A DNA stretch of 64,000 bases from NCBI GenBank assembly GCA_964016885.1, contig OZ024743.1, positions 317,812,001 to 317,876,000 of the forward strand. Direction: 5' to 3'. Under the pieces are notes generated by a model. It saw only the letters and a list, made by a program, of their open reading frames with translations. It was not told the DNA's origin and searched no databases. Below, piece by piece: positions 24,260 to 38,728 of this stretch; the stretch's first letter is position 1; each line of letters opens with the position of its first letter. Made by a program: the position numbers and the translations under genes. The stretch comes from Eledone cirrhosa (Eukaryota).

Positions 24260-26436
24260 TAGACAATCGGTGACGTCATCACATTGGACGCCGAGCTCTG
24301 GCCAGTTCAACACCCTCGACTCCTTTGTCGATACCTGCCGGCGTACTGTAAATCGGTTCCGTTTCCACCAGCATTCTCGTCGCTCTAACATCACGCGGAC
24401 TGAGCTCTCCGCTCTTCACAACCTTCGGCGTCGCGATGACATCAAACCCGCTGACAAAATTGGTGCTGTGGTGGTTTGGAGCGCTGACCTCTATAGGGAT
24501 GAGGCTCTCCACCAGCTTCACAATACCCTTTTTTACCGCCCTTTATCCTCCGACCCCACTCCTGGCTATCAACAACTCGTGTCCTCCACCATCCACGAGC
24601 TCATCTCCTCCTCTCTCCTACTCCCACAGCCACCAACCTTATTCTACGCACCCCTCGCACACCAACCATCTACTTCCTCCCCCAAATACACAAACAAAAT
24701 AATCCCGGCCGTCCTATCGTTTCTGCGTGCAACTGCTCCACCGAGATAATTTCTGAATATTTAGACACCATCCTCGCTCCGTTGGTCAGCAATCTCCCCT
24801 GCCATGCCCTTAGACTCTTCAACTCTTTCTCCTTCCCTCCTGGTCCCTCCCGCCTTCTCTTACCCTGGACATCACCTCTCTCTATACCGTCATCCCTCAT
24901 GATGACGGCCTCCGCGCTCTCCAACAATTTTTTTAGATTTACGCCCTACCCCTTACCCCAGCACTACCACTCTTCTCCGTCTGGCTGAGCTTGTTCTCGC
25001 CCTTAATGGATTTACTTTTTCGGGTGAATTTTATCAGCAGGTCTCTCGAGTAGCGATGGGAACCAGAATGGGTCCAAACTATGCCAACTTGTTTGTTGGC
25101 TACGTCGAAGCCCAGATCTTCACCCAGTACGCTGGACCGACTCCTGAGCTATACGGTCGTTATATAGACGACTGTATCGGTGCCACCTCTCTATCACGAG
25201 AACAGCTCGACTGTTTTCTTTCTTTTGTCCTATCTTTCCATCCTGATCCCAATTTCAACTCCTCCGTCTCCGAGTTTTCTGTCGCTTTTCTAGATATCTC
25301 TCTATCTATTAATCACTCTCACCACACCCTCTCTATTTCCATCTACATTAAACCAACAGACTCCCAATCTTACCTCGACTTCACCTCCTCCCAGCCAACC
25401 CACACCAAACACTCCATACCCTATTCCCAATTCCTCCATCTTCGTCGGCTCTGTAGCCAGGACGACGATTTCAAAACCCATTCCCTTCGCATGGCTTCCT
25501 GCTTCATCCAGCGTGGATTCCCCCCCCCCCCCCCGATCTAAGCTGCTCTCACCCGCGCCCGTGAAACAGACCTCTCCACAGCCCTCTCACCTCACCCCGC
25601 CCTCCCAACACCCGCATTTCTTTCCCTCTCACCTACCACCCCATCATCCTACCACTCCGGTGACATATCCTCCGTTCCTTCGCATCCTCTCTTCTGACCC
25701 TGTCACTTCTCGCTTTTTTCCAAACCCATCCATTACTGCTTCTAAGCGCGCCCTAAACTTCCGCGATATCCTGGTTCGCAGTTCCTTTTCGTCCTCTCCC
25801 ACGACTCCACCCGGCTCTCATACTTGTTCCTGTTCCCGCTGCAACACTTGTCCCTCACCACTCTCACAGGCCCTAACGGGTCTTTCCGTATCCGCCATTC
25901 CTTCTCCTGCACATCCACCCACGTTTTCTATGCCCTCCGGTGTACCCTTTGCGGGTCTTTATATATCGGACAAACGGGACGCCGCATGGCGGACCGTTTT
26001 GCTGAGCATTTGAAGGACATGCGACTCGGTTTGGATACTCCTGTCGCTCGTCATTTCTGTTCTCCTGGTCATTCTTCCCTACATGTTTCAGTCCTGGGTG
26101 TCCTTTTACATCATGGATCACAGGCCTTGCGCACCGGGACTGAACAAAGTCTGATTCCCCGCCTTGATCCTATTCCCCCCTCGGACTCAACTCACCTCCC
26201 CAATTTCTCTAATACCTCGTCCATTATAACACCCCTAGATTCCTATCGCTTTCTCTTGATCATTAACATCTCTTACAACTAATACCGGCCAACTCACCCC
26301 ACTACTCCCTTCACTGCTCTCTATACATACACACCCTTATATTAACATACTTTTGCTCATAGCTCCGTACTTACATGCACACACACTCTTTTACTCACAT
26401 ACACACACTTTTCTCCTTAGCTTGGTACGGATGTAT

Positions 26437-26521
<85 letters not shown>

Positions 26522-26875
26522 CTTACGTACGTGCACAAGTATAGCTCGATTTACAAAACGTTTTTTTTTCCATTTCAGGTAGACGCGCTCCATCATCCAC
26601 TTTTCTAAAAAATAAATCATACACAAAACACCAGCACCAACAGTTTTGCAAGAGATGTCAACATGAATCGACATGTTATTTTTATCTAAAGACATTTTTT
26701 CCAATTCCAGCCTGCCCGTCCCCCCAATCTATCTTATTTCTCATTCTTTCTTCTGATGAAGGACTAGCGTCCGAAACGTTAAGACCCTCTTCCTGCTATA
26801 TCAAGCGTTAACCTAATATATCCCTTCCATATACTGTACCGATTGTGTTGTTATTTCTGTGTCCCTTTTACACAT
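24260..26875 (+). mobile_element. Degenerate Penelope-like element (Neptune-type)
   Basis: IKPADK, AMGTRMGPNYANLF, RYIDD, KPTDSQSYL, C-x4-C-x2-C-like linker, ALRCTLCGSLYIGQTG; frameshifted; hammerhead in 3' pseudo-LTR. Confidence 0.9.
26749..26784 (+). ncRNA. Minimal type I hammerhead ribozyme (extra A after CUGAUGA, loop-less stem III)
   Basis: TCTT-CTGATGA-A-GGAC-TAGC-GTCC-GAAA-CG-TT-AAGA. Confidence 0.8.
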
Positions 26876-26886
26876 ATATATATATA

Positions 26887-27600
26887 CTAGCAGTGTATCC
26901 CGGCCTTGCACGGGTAAGAACATTGGTAATAGCACCTCCAATGAGAAACATTTATTTGTGAGCGCCTGTTAAAAACTCACGAAAATATACCGACAGGAAA
27001 CTTGTTTTATTTGGAGAAAATTAAGAAGTTGAAAGAACAGTTTAGCTGTCTACGTTTATTGTTCATAGAAATATTGTTGAGCCCCTTCTTTTCATACTCC
27101 TCTGTTTTGGTCTTTTGGAGTAAATGTGAAAGAGAAAGTCACAGGTTAAGCTGGCAGAAGGTTCCAGTGTCATAGCAGTAAGGCGTAGGCTACTTACCTC
27201 AAAAGTTCATTCGCACTCTTTCCACTAAGTTACTATTTCTCTCTATCCCTGTCTCAGTGCAGTCCCTTGCGAATTTCTCGCGTAGGCCTGGTGTAGATTT
27301 GCACCCGATCCATCTATGCACATGTCCGATTTGTACGGCTTTTGGAGGAAGGAGTGACCAGCAGTACTTTGTTCGGTATTATTACGAAAAGGTGTAGCAG
27401 AGAATCCCGCGTGAACTAACAGCTCGGGGGGAGACTGCTTACCTCGAAGATTCATTCGCCATCGTTCTTGTCAACGCTCTGTTTAGTTGGTATTTGTTGG
27501 TCTACAGTTAGATGAATGGCGCACAAAGGGTTAATGTTTATTGGTAAGAAGTTTTTTGAATAATAAAAGACGGGTTAAAGCGACCTACAATGTATCTGTG
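26887..27600 (-). mobile_element. Probable non-autonomous Helitron (3' end clear, 5' end uncertain)
   Basis: A|CTAG at 26887 with hairpin CCCGGCCTTGCACGGG, matching the other Helitron ends in this window. Confidence 0.45.
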
Positions 27601-27815
27601 TATGTATATATATATATATATATATATGTAGATAAATCTACCAAGAGTTTACGGTAGTGTCCAATCCGTATGAAGAACTCAATGTATTCCGGATATCATG
27701 GAAAGAAGAGATGTAATGAAAAATCACTTTCGGTGAAAGATAAACGGTATACAGAGTCAAGATAAAATATTAAACAAATAATGAATAAACAATTCCTTAT
27801 ATTAAACAAAAAAAG

Positions 27816-27970
27816 TTCATTATTTAACGATCGTTTCTAGGATATATATGTGTTAGAATTGGTATGCATATTCAACAGATCTATGTACAAAATTATACAA
27901 AATTATACAAATTATCAAGATTAAATATACATACCAAACACATATATACGCCGTCTTCAGAAATAATGAA
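27816..27970 (-). ncRNA. Type I hammerhead ribozyme with ~116-nt stem II (sense copy)
   Basis: Reverse complement of 35230-35384. Confidence 0.8.
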
Positions 27971-28686
27971 GTATATTTATTGATAATAACAACAATTCAA
28001 AATTTCAGGTCCGTTTGGGAACAAAAATTGACCAATGAAAACACAAAGGGTTAAATGCAGTTCGGTGTGTGTATATACATGTAAAACCCTTACACATATT
28101 TTACAAAAATGTATGTATAATTTGTATACGCATACTAAAAAGATGGATGCAAATACAAAATTTCAAGGTTAATGTCTCTGTAAATTTATAATGTACAGAT
28201 AAGATGCGTATTGATACTTATGAAATTAAGTATACAAATATATTTTTTCATACTCACACATATCCGTACAATCACACATACACGCGCGTATATGCATAAA
28301 TATACACATAACCACGAACATACAAACACACACACACACCCCCACTCACATTTATATATGTGGATATAAAATCATAAGCACATGGATATTAATTCACTCA
28401 CATAAAACACTGGCACACACATTTTTAGATCAAGATACAGAAATTAGGTGGGAGGGGGGGGGGTCAGTATTCAACGGTCTGAGCAGACTGCCTATTATAG
28501 ATGTATCTATAAACTAAGAAAAATAAAAAAAAAAAAAAATAAAAAAAAATAAAAAAATAAAAAAATAAAATATAATAAATAAACATTAAAGAGGAAAGAA
28601 TAGAAAGAAAAACAGAAAAAAGAAAAAAGAAAAAAGAAAAAAGAAATATATCAAGAAAATAAATATATATATATATACACATATAT

Positions 28687-28729
<43 letters not shown>

Positions 28730-28929
28730 TATACATATATATAAATATACATATATATACACATAGACACACACACACCCATACATAAATATACACACAT
28801 ATACAAACACATACATACATATACACACATTCACACTATGAACATACATACACACACATATATAAATATATACATATACACGCATACATACATATACACA
28901 TATACACACAAATACACATACATATATAT

Positions 28930-28984
<55 letters not shown>

Positions 28985-29302
28985 TATGTGTGTACATACA
29001 CGTACATATACACACACATATACATATAATCACACATACTATATAGACACAGATATATATAACCACACGCATACATGCACATATACAACACTTACATACT
29101 AATATACATACAGATATACACATACATAGCTATATATACACACAAATATATACAGACTTACATATATACATACAGACAAATACTTACGCATCTATATATC
29201 GGTATATACATACAAACACCACTACACTATCACACAACTTAGAAATACAAAGAGAAAGGTATATACCTATACACACATACATATACAAATAGAAAAACAT
29301 AT

Positions 29303-29341
<39 letters not shown>

Positions 29342-29367
29342 TATACATATACATATATATATATAAC

Positions 29368-29398
<31 letters not shown>

Positions 29399-29649
29399 CA
29401 AATACACATACACACACATACAGATATATACACATACATACATGTACACACACATAGAAATATTTACGCATACACACATACACACATACATATAAAGTCA
29501 TACCCACACATACACCTACACGAACATACACATACACATATATAAAGATATATATACACACACACACACACACACAACACATACACACATACACATATAT
29601 ATAAAAAATAAATAATAAAGATATATACATATATATATACACACATACA

Positions 29650-29691
<42 letters not shown>

Positions 29692-30067
29692 CACATACAC
29701 CTAAAAATATACATACACATACATACACACATACATAGACATACATGTACATACATACACATACATCGATATACATATATATATATATATACATACATAG
29801 ACATATACATACAAACACACACAACTTACATACACACATATATATACATGTATATTCATACATAGAATTAGATATATAATCATACATACATATGCATTTA
29901 CTTATACTCATATATACAAATACATACGCATCCATATATGCGTATATACATAAAAAACCACTACAACCTCACCTAACTCAGACATACAAATAAAAATAAT
30001 AATAAAAAGGCATATGTATATACATACACACACGCATTAATAGAGATATATATCTACACATACATAT

Positions 30068-30135
<68 letters not shown>

Positions 30136-30526
30136 ACTCATACATATATATATATATACATATATATACATAGATACCCACACACTCATACCACCATAAA
30201 TACACATACAAACACCCACGTATACATATATATACACACGTATATATATATATATATATATACACACACATAAAAAACAGACATGCACATATATATATAT
30301 TTTTTTACACTTATATATATACATATTATATACACATACACAACCTCACTTATACACACATACACATAAGTTATATTATAATAATAAAAAATAATATATA
30401 TATATATATATACACATATATATATACATATATATACATACATACATATATACATATATATACATATAAACATATACATACATATATACACACATACGAA
30501 TATAGACATATATTCACACGTAGACA

Positions 30527-30576
<50 letters not shown>

Positions 30577-32222
30577 TACATATACACAGACACATATACA
30601 CACTCACATATATATGTGTGTGCACACACACATATATATACACACATACACATATATACACATAAACACATATATGTGCATACATGCACACACACACATA
30701 TATCACATAGATAAGAAGATAGACATATAAATAGAGAGACATACATATATATACAACACACATACACACACATACATACACACACATATACATATACATA
30801 TATATATACATATATATATTCCTATATATACATATATACATATATATACACATATATACACATACATACATATATACGTACACACATTCACATACACATA
30901 CATATATACATGCATACATACACACATATACATACATACACACACTCATATATACACACACAATCTTACATTCATATTTGCATGCGCATATATGTATTTT
31001 TATATTTAGATATAAATACCCAAACCTATATATACACCTACCTACATATATATTCATACATACACGCCTACAAATATAGATGATAATAGTATGGGGGAAA
31101 GGGGGGGTTTGGAGAAGGGGATCAAAGTAAATATATGTTTCAAGAAAGATAGAATATTTTCCGTATCTTTATCCAATGTATGTTTTTACATAGTTTCAGT
31201 GTTAGGAAATACAACAAACAAAAACTAAGGCAAAATCTATGCATCTCAAAATAAACAAGTATATCATTAATTATATGTTAACTAAACCAAAGATAGTTAA
31301 CATATTGATTTCTAAGGTGTAAATTAGTTAGGTTTATAATATTTGAAGCAGAATTTTGAAGTTAAATAGTAGTAGAGTATTAATTACAGTAAAACTAAAT
31401 TAAAGTTAATAACGTTATGGTATCAATATTAGGAAATGAATTTAGTAATAGGGAAAAAAACAAATAAAATAGAGTATTACATCGGTAGTAGAATATAAAT
31501 TATAGGTTAACTAAATTAAAAATTATATATTTATTTCTATAGTATATGTTAATTAGGTATACAATACGTAAAGCAGATATTGTATTTCATCAATAGCATA
31601 ATATAATTATATGCAAATAGAAATCAAAATTAATACGCATACATATACATATATATACACATACATATATACATATATATACACACATATATATATATAT
31701 ATACATATATACACACATACATACACACACACATACACATACACATATACATATACATATCTTTTTCAAAAAATTGCATAGAATATATTAACTAGGTATA
31801 TATCAAAAACACATCCCATTCTATGATTACATGACATTCTGCAATTCGTCTGTATAAGGATACTAATTTTAAGCAAATTAAAATTAAATTTTTAGGTTGA
31901 TTAAAATTAAAACCAAAATTATAAATATATTTCTAAAATGTATATTAATTATGTCTATAATACTAAAAATTATTTCTCTGTCATTGGATACACGATATTA
32001 TTTTGTTATATTTTATCTGTAAAAGAATTATAATAAAAGGTTTAAATAAATTAAAATTAATCTATAAATTAAATTACTAAGTATATATTAGTAATATTTA
32101 AAGGTTTTTCACAATTTATGATTACATAATATTTTATATTCTCATCTGTAATAAAATTTTAATTAAATTAAATTTATAGGTTAACTAACATTTAAATTAA
32201 ATTAATTTCTAAAATAATGTTA

Positions 32223-33767
32223 TTAATTAGGTTTATAATATTTAAATGTTTTTTTTAGTTTATGATTACACGATATAATTAATTCCTGTCGTTTATTTAA
32301 TAAGATATCCTTAGACTTCATTATTTCAAATAGTTCTTGGGAACATAATCTACATTCATTTCTATTATTTTGATAAGGGGTGGCTCTTTTGAGCACACTC
32401 CAGGTCAAATCATATTTTATATTCTTATTTTTATAACTATTGATTTTTTCTGCTAGAGATGTTGTATTAGCCAGTGCGGCATTTTTAAAACTATGCTTGT
32501 GGGTATTAAACCTTGTCTTAAAATTGTTAGAGGTAGCTCCTATATATGAGCAAATAGAATCTTTAGTTTTAACATTACATTTATAGACTATGTTGTTAAC
32601 AAGACAATTCCCTTTTAATGGGCAGTTTGCTTTGTTTCTACAGTTACATCCTTTCGTTAATTCTGTATTTGAGGAGATATTATGGTTAATTTGATGTACT
32701 GGTGGTATACTTATGGTTTTCTTACATTTATATGCATTATATGCACTAATATTTTGTTTTATGTTATTTGTTGTAGAGTATGAGAATTTAACTGTAGACC
32801 TATTTAAGATTTGATGGTATTTGTGGTTTGGCGGGAAGTTTTTCTCAAGGATATAAAAAAATTTTTTAGCAATATTATCCTTAACTTGTAAATTAAAAGG
32901 AGCATTATACCAAGTAACCCGTCTATTACGGTTTCTATGTTGTTTATTATTTTTATTATTTTTATAGGTTGTATCGTGATTTTTACTAGGAGGATTAATG
33001 TTAATGATTTCACCACAACTATTTTTAGTTATATTTGTAGATTTAGGTGTTTTATCCTTTTTATTAGGAGTTTTATTATTAATATTTATTAGAGTTGTAT
33101 GATGAGTAGTTTTTTGAGAGTTACTATACTTTATATTAGAAGATTTGGTATTTTGGGGTATAGTGTGGGTGGCATTTAGGTGTGTACTTTTCATTTGGTG
33201 TTTGTTGGTAATATTATGTTGTATGCTTTCAGTATTTTTAGTAGAAGGTATATACTCTAATCTATTTTTGTGGCCACTTCTATCTAGAGCTTCGTTATAG
33301 AAGGTCGCATTTTTATCAAATACATCTTGGTTAGAAGAAAGGTTAGAAATTCTAAGTGATATATTATATGCAAGGTTTTTAAGGATAGATTTAGGGTGAT
33401 TAGATTGTGAGTGTATGTAATGTAAGTTTTGGTTAGGTTTATGGTAAGGTTGGTAGATACCCGTAGCTAAATCTAAAGTTATATCTAGGAAATTTACTAC
33501 TTTACTTGTTTTTTCAAAAGTAATATTAAGATTATAATAGTCTTTAAGGAAAGTTCTAATATGTTTTTTGTTTTTTTCAATTTCTGAAAGGCTAAGGTTG
33601 TTAGAAAGAAGAAGACAGTCATCACGATATAAACCACCTTTGAGGTGGGGAAAAGAGGCATTTATGTTGAAAAGGAGAAAGAGGCCCACAAGATCAGTAA
33701 TTTGGGCGGAATCGCTTGAACCCATAGTAATATCAAAAAGATTACTGTATGTGTTTCTGGTCCAGAA
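32223..33767 (-). pseudogene. Naiad-type RT (motif B onward) + GIY-YIG endonuclease, uninterrupted but 5'-truncated
   Basis: ORF track 32223..33725; frame continues ([16 protein letters not shown]) to the inversion junction at 33767. Confidence 0.88.
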
Positions 33768-33791
33768 TGTATGTGTGTGTATGTGTATTTG

Positions 33792-33829
<38 letters not shown>

Positions 33830-33852
33830 ATATATATATATGTATATGTATA

Positions 33853-33928
<76 letters not shown>

Positions 33929-34239
33929 TTTCTATTTGTATATGTATGTGTGTATAGGTATATACCTTTCTCTTTGTATTTCTAAGTTGTGTGATAGTGT
34001 AGTGGTGTTTGTATGTATATACCGATATATAGATGCGTAAGTATTTGTCTGTATGTATATATGTAAGTCTGTATATATTTGTGTGTATATATAGCTATGT
34101 ATGTGTATATCTGTATGTATATTAGTATGTAAGTGTTGTATATGTGCATGTATGCGTGTGGTTATATATATCTGTGTCTATATAGTATGTGTGATTATAT
34201 GTATATGTGTGTGTATATGTACGTGTATGTACACACATA

Positions 34240-34294
<55 letters not shown>

Positions 34295-34494
34295 ATATAT
34301 ATGTATGTGTATTTGTGTGTATATGTGTATATGTATGTATGCGTGTATATGTATATATTTATATATGTGTGTGTATGTATGTTCATAGTGTGAATGTGTG
34401 TATATGTATGTATGTGTTTGTATATGTGTGTATATTTATGTATGGGTGTGTGTGTGTCTATGTGTATATATATGTATATTTATATATATGTATA

Positions 34495-34535
<41 letters not shown>

Positions 34536-35229
34536 ATATATGTGTATATATATATATATTTATTTTCTTGATATATTTCTTTTTTCTTTTTTCCTTTTTC
34601 TTTTTTCTGTTTTTCTTTCTATTCTTTCCTCTTTAATGTTTATTTATTATATTTTATTTTTTTATTTTTTTATTTTTCTTAGTTTATAGATACATCTATA
34701 ATAGGCAGTCTGCTCAGACCGTTGAATACTGACCCCTCCCCCCCCCTCCCACCTAATTTCTGTATCTTGATCTAAAAATGTGTGTGCCAGTGTTTTATGT
34801 GAGTGAATTAATATCCATGTGCTTATGATTTTATATCCACATATATAAATGTGAGTGGGGGTGTGTGTGTGTGTTTGTATGTTCGTGGTTATGTGTATAT
34901 TTATGCATATACGCGCGTGTATGTGTGATTGTACGGATATGTGTGAGTATGAAAAAATATATTTGTATACTTAATTTCATAAGTATCAATACGCATCTTA
35001 TCTGTACATTATAAATTTACAGAGACATTAACCTTGAAATTTTGTATTTGCATCCATCTTTTTAGTATGCGTATACAAATTATACATACATTTTTGTAAA
35101 ATATGTGTAAGGGTTTTACATGTATATACACACACCGAACTGCATTTAACCCTTTGTGTTTTCATTGGTCAATTTTTGTTCCCAAACGGACCTGAAATTT
35201 TGAATTGTTGTTATTATCAATAAATATAC

Positions 35230-35384
35230 TTCATTATTTCTGAAGACGGCGTATATATGTGTTTGGTATGTATATTTAATCTTGATAATTTGTATAATTT
35301 TGTATAATTTTGTACATAGATCTGTTGAATATGCATACCAATTCTAACACATATATATCCTAGAAACGATCGTTAAATAATGAA
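35230..35384 (+). ncRNA. Type I hammerhead ribozyme with ~116-nt stem II (inverted copy)
   Basis: TTCATTATTT-CTGAAGA-[116-nt hairpin]-GAAA-CGATCG-TT-AAATAATGAA; perfect 10-bp stem I. Confidence 0.8.
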
Positions 35385-35429
35385 CTTTTTTTGTTTAATA
35401 TAAGGAATTGTTTATTCATTATTTGTTTA

Positions 35430-35523
<94 letters not shown>

Positions 35524-35569
35524 GATAACACAGATACATATATATATTTATATGTGTTTGTATGTATGC

Positions 35570-35708
<139 letters not shown>

Positions 35709-35984
35709 GATACATTGTATGTCGCTTTAACCCCTCTTTAATTATTCAAAAAACTTCTTGCCAACATACATATATATATATATATATATGTGTGTGTGTA
35801 TATATATATATATACATATATTTTTATGTGTATATTTATATATTTATATATATGTATATGTGTATATATATATATGTGTATATGTGTTTGTATATGTATA
35901 TAATTATATATATATATATGCATATGTGTATATATATGTGTATATATATGTGTATATATATGTGTATATAAGTATATATAAGTA

Positions 35985-36100
<116 letters not shown>

Positions 36101-36413
36101 GAGCGAAGATAATACGTCAGCAATGACGTGTTCGTCAGAATGTCGTTATGCAGACAGCCAGACATACAGACAGATATTATAATGGCTCGACGGAGATCGA
36201 TAACCGGTGCCTAACACCCCTTTAACAACAGAAAATTGAAAGATAAAAGCTGCAGTTAGTATCTTTAGACCGCAAGGAATATATAAATGCAAGTTTGAAG
36301 TCAATCGGAGTAGAAATGTGGATTTGTATAGACTTTGTAAAAATGAGGACACACACACACACAGACAACAACAGTTTTATATACATACATACATACATAC
36401 ATACATACATACA

Positions 36414-36506
<93 letters not shown>

Positions 36507-36923
36507 GCTCGTGTGAATTTGCATAGTGGCGATTGAAAATTAAATTAGAAGCTTTCACTGTAAATTAACTACCGAAAATAATCTAATATTAGGGCGTATG
36601 AATCACCGCAACTGAAAAAGTGGGCATTAGCGTGCGTGGAAATCGACCCCATACCCCTTATATATATATATACTACCAGCTGAGCCCGGTTGCACCCGGG
36701 GCCACTTTTATCAAGTTAATAATTTGAAAAATATTATTGAAAGTTTATTATAAAGAAGCAGTTTCAGAAAAAAAAAAGAAATATGCACTTGGGGCTGGAC
36801 GGCGTACAATGAGAAGTGGAGCGACGTGAAAAGCGTTGTTTATTAACAGCGAAATAGCAATGTCGATGATATGCAATTTGAAAAATACTACTTAATGTTA
36901 GTGGTGGTTAACATGTATCATTA

Positions 36924-37944
36924 TCTATAAAAAGCAGATTGTTGTTGTTGTGTGTGTGTGTGTGTGTGTGTGTGTGCATGTTCCTTGTTTATACATTTGC
37001 ATAATTTCAAACTGATTCGACTCAAAGTCTGTAAGAATGTTGTAAATGGTCTAACTTAGGTCAACGACTATTTATTTCATTCAAACTCACCAACAATTAC
37101 GGAAATAATCGATAAAACTAAATTCATGACGCTTTACCCCTCTAATAGAATCTAGATACCTCTCTCTACTCCCTTAAAATTCGATAAAACTACATACATG
37201 CTGCAACTTTCTCTGATATACGATTAAACTTACAAACTTTAAGAGAGAGAGAGAGAGAGGGAAGTTTGTTTTTGAGTGTGGAACGGTCAAACATTTATTT
37301 GCTTCAATGACAAAGAGAACTTATTACATTTCATACGAAACAACAATTATTCAAAAGCAACAGATAAATTTATTCAACAACAACAAAAATAGCGATAAAT
37401 CTTTTTTAAAACATCTATCAACGAACGTGGAAGAAAGAAGTATCAGTTCATTTACTATACACAATATCCTCTATGAGGTCACTAAATCCGCTAGAAACAG
37501 CAGATAACTCTCCCCCATATCACACCACTCCCTACTGTCTTAAATTTAGAAAACATTTCCTCTATGAGGTCACTAAACCTGCTAGAAACAACAGCTAACT
37601 CTCCCCCATATCACACCCCTCCCTACTGTCTTAAATTTAGAAAACACACATTAGACAACCATGCAGAACAACTCCATCGCAGCTCTGTTCTTTGGCTGGC
37701 ATCGTCTACGCGCGTGTTGCGCAAGTACTGTGAAACAATAAATTTCAACACTTCTTTGCACAGAGATAATATCCATAGGTGAAACTACAATTGTCACTGC
37801 TGGCGCAGCTCTTGCTTCGGCAGTCCAGGTCTGCAATTTATTCACCCAGTGCCTGGCAGACAAAAAAGTGCTGCCATAAAATGGGTGGTGCAACCTAACT
37901 TTGGTAACTTACTGACCCCGAGCAACGCCGGGCTTTAATGCTAG
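36924..37944 (+). mobile_element. Non-autonomous Helitron
   Basis: A|TCTATAAAAAG start, hairpin CCCGAGCAACGCCGGG, CTAG|T end; contains a ~90-bp tandem duplication (37469-37650). Confidence 0.7.
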
Positions 37945-37991
37945 TTAGAATTAAAATAAAAACACGCGTCCCTTCTTCTCAATTTAAGGGT

Positions 37992-38728
37992 TTGGCGATA
38001 CTTGGTTTTAGTGTCCTAAATTATCATCATCGACATTCAATTATTAGCTCCACCCACTACACGATACGTCACGACACGTCATCAGCTGCTGCTGCAGCTT
38101 GATTTTTACATGTTCATTTTCTTACATGCTTCATTTTTACACGAAAAAACATTGAAATTTTAGAATAAATATTTATTAAAATATTAACAGAGAAAATTAG
38201 ATTTTTTATTTATTTTTGAACAAAATAAATATTTATTTACAGTTTTTCACAGAAAAACTATGCTTCATTTTTACATGAATATTTATTTACAGTTTTTAAC
38301 AGAAAAAAAATTGCTGCGAAATACATTTTTTTTTAACACACGATACGTCACGAAGGTAAATGTTTCGAAAAAATTTTAAACTGTATATCGCAACAATATA
38401 TTGTTTAAAGAAATTTTTTTTCTGTTGTTTAAAACTGTAAATCTGTTTAAAAAAAAATGCATTTAACCGAAACACTATACTTCATTTTTACATGAATATT
38501 TATTTACAGTTTTTAACAGAAAAAAAAATGCTGCGTAATACATTTTTTAAAAACAGATTTACAGTTTTTAACAACATAAAAAAAATTTCTTTAAACAAAA
38601 TATTGTTGCGATATACAGTTTAAAATTTTTTCGAAACATTTACCTTCGTGACGTATCGTGTAGTGGGTGGAGCTAATAATTGAATATCGATGATGATAAT
38701 TTAGGACACTAAAACCAAGTGTCGCCAA
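37992..38728. mobile_element. Foldback/MITE-like element with nested inverted repeats
   Basis: 37992-38074 is the reverse complement of 38646-38728; ~38337-38463 is the reverse complement of ~38537-38661. Confidence 0.7.

Larger units (their letters stand above)
27630..35438 (-). mobile_element. 5'-truncated Naiad-type Penelope-like element with ~4.6-kb 3' region and 1.66-kb inverted copy
   Basis: ORF with FDITMGS, GLYRDD, SNHPKSI, CNC..CPLKGNC, SYIGAT..FKTRF, CRLC; 27762-29422 is the reverse complement of 33768-35438; (TA)n flanks. Confidence 0.9.

Noticed and set aside
28464-31057. Long YI/CV/HT-repeat ORFs (also 981-1631 and 33568-36558)
   Set aside because: Translation artefacts of stop-poor dinucleotide repeats
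32223-33767. Selenocysteine recoding, reported for some Naiad PLEs
   Set aside because: The ORF has no in-frame TGA and the conserved Cys positions are ordinary Cys codons
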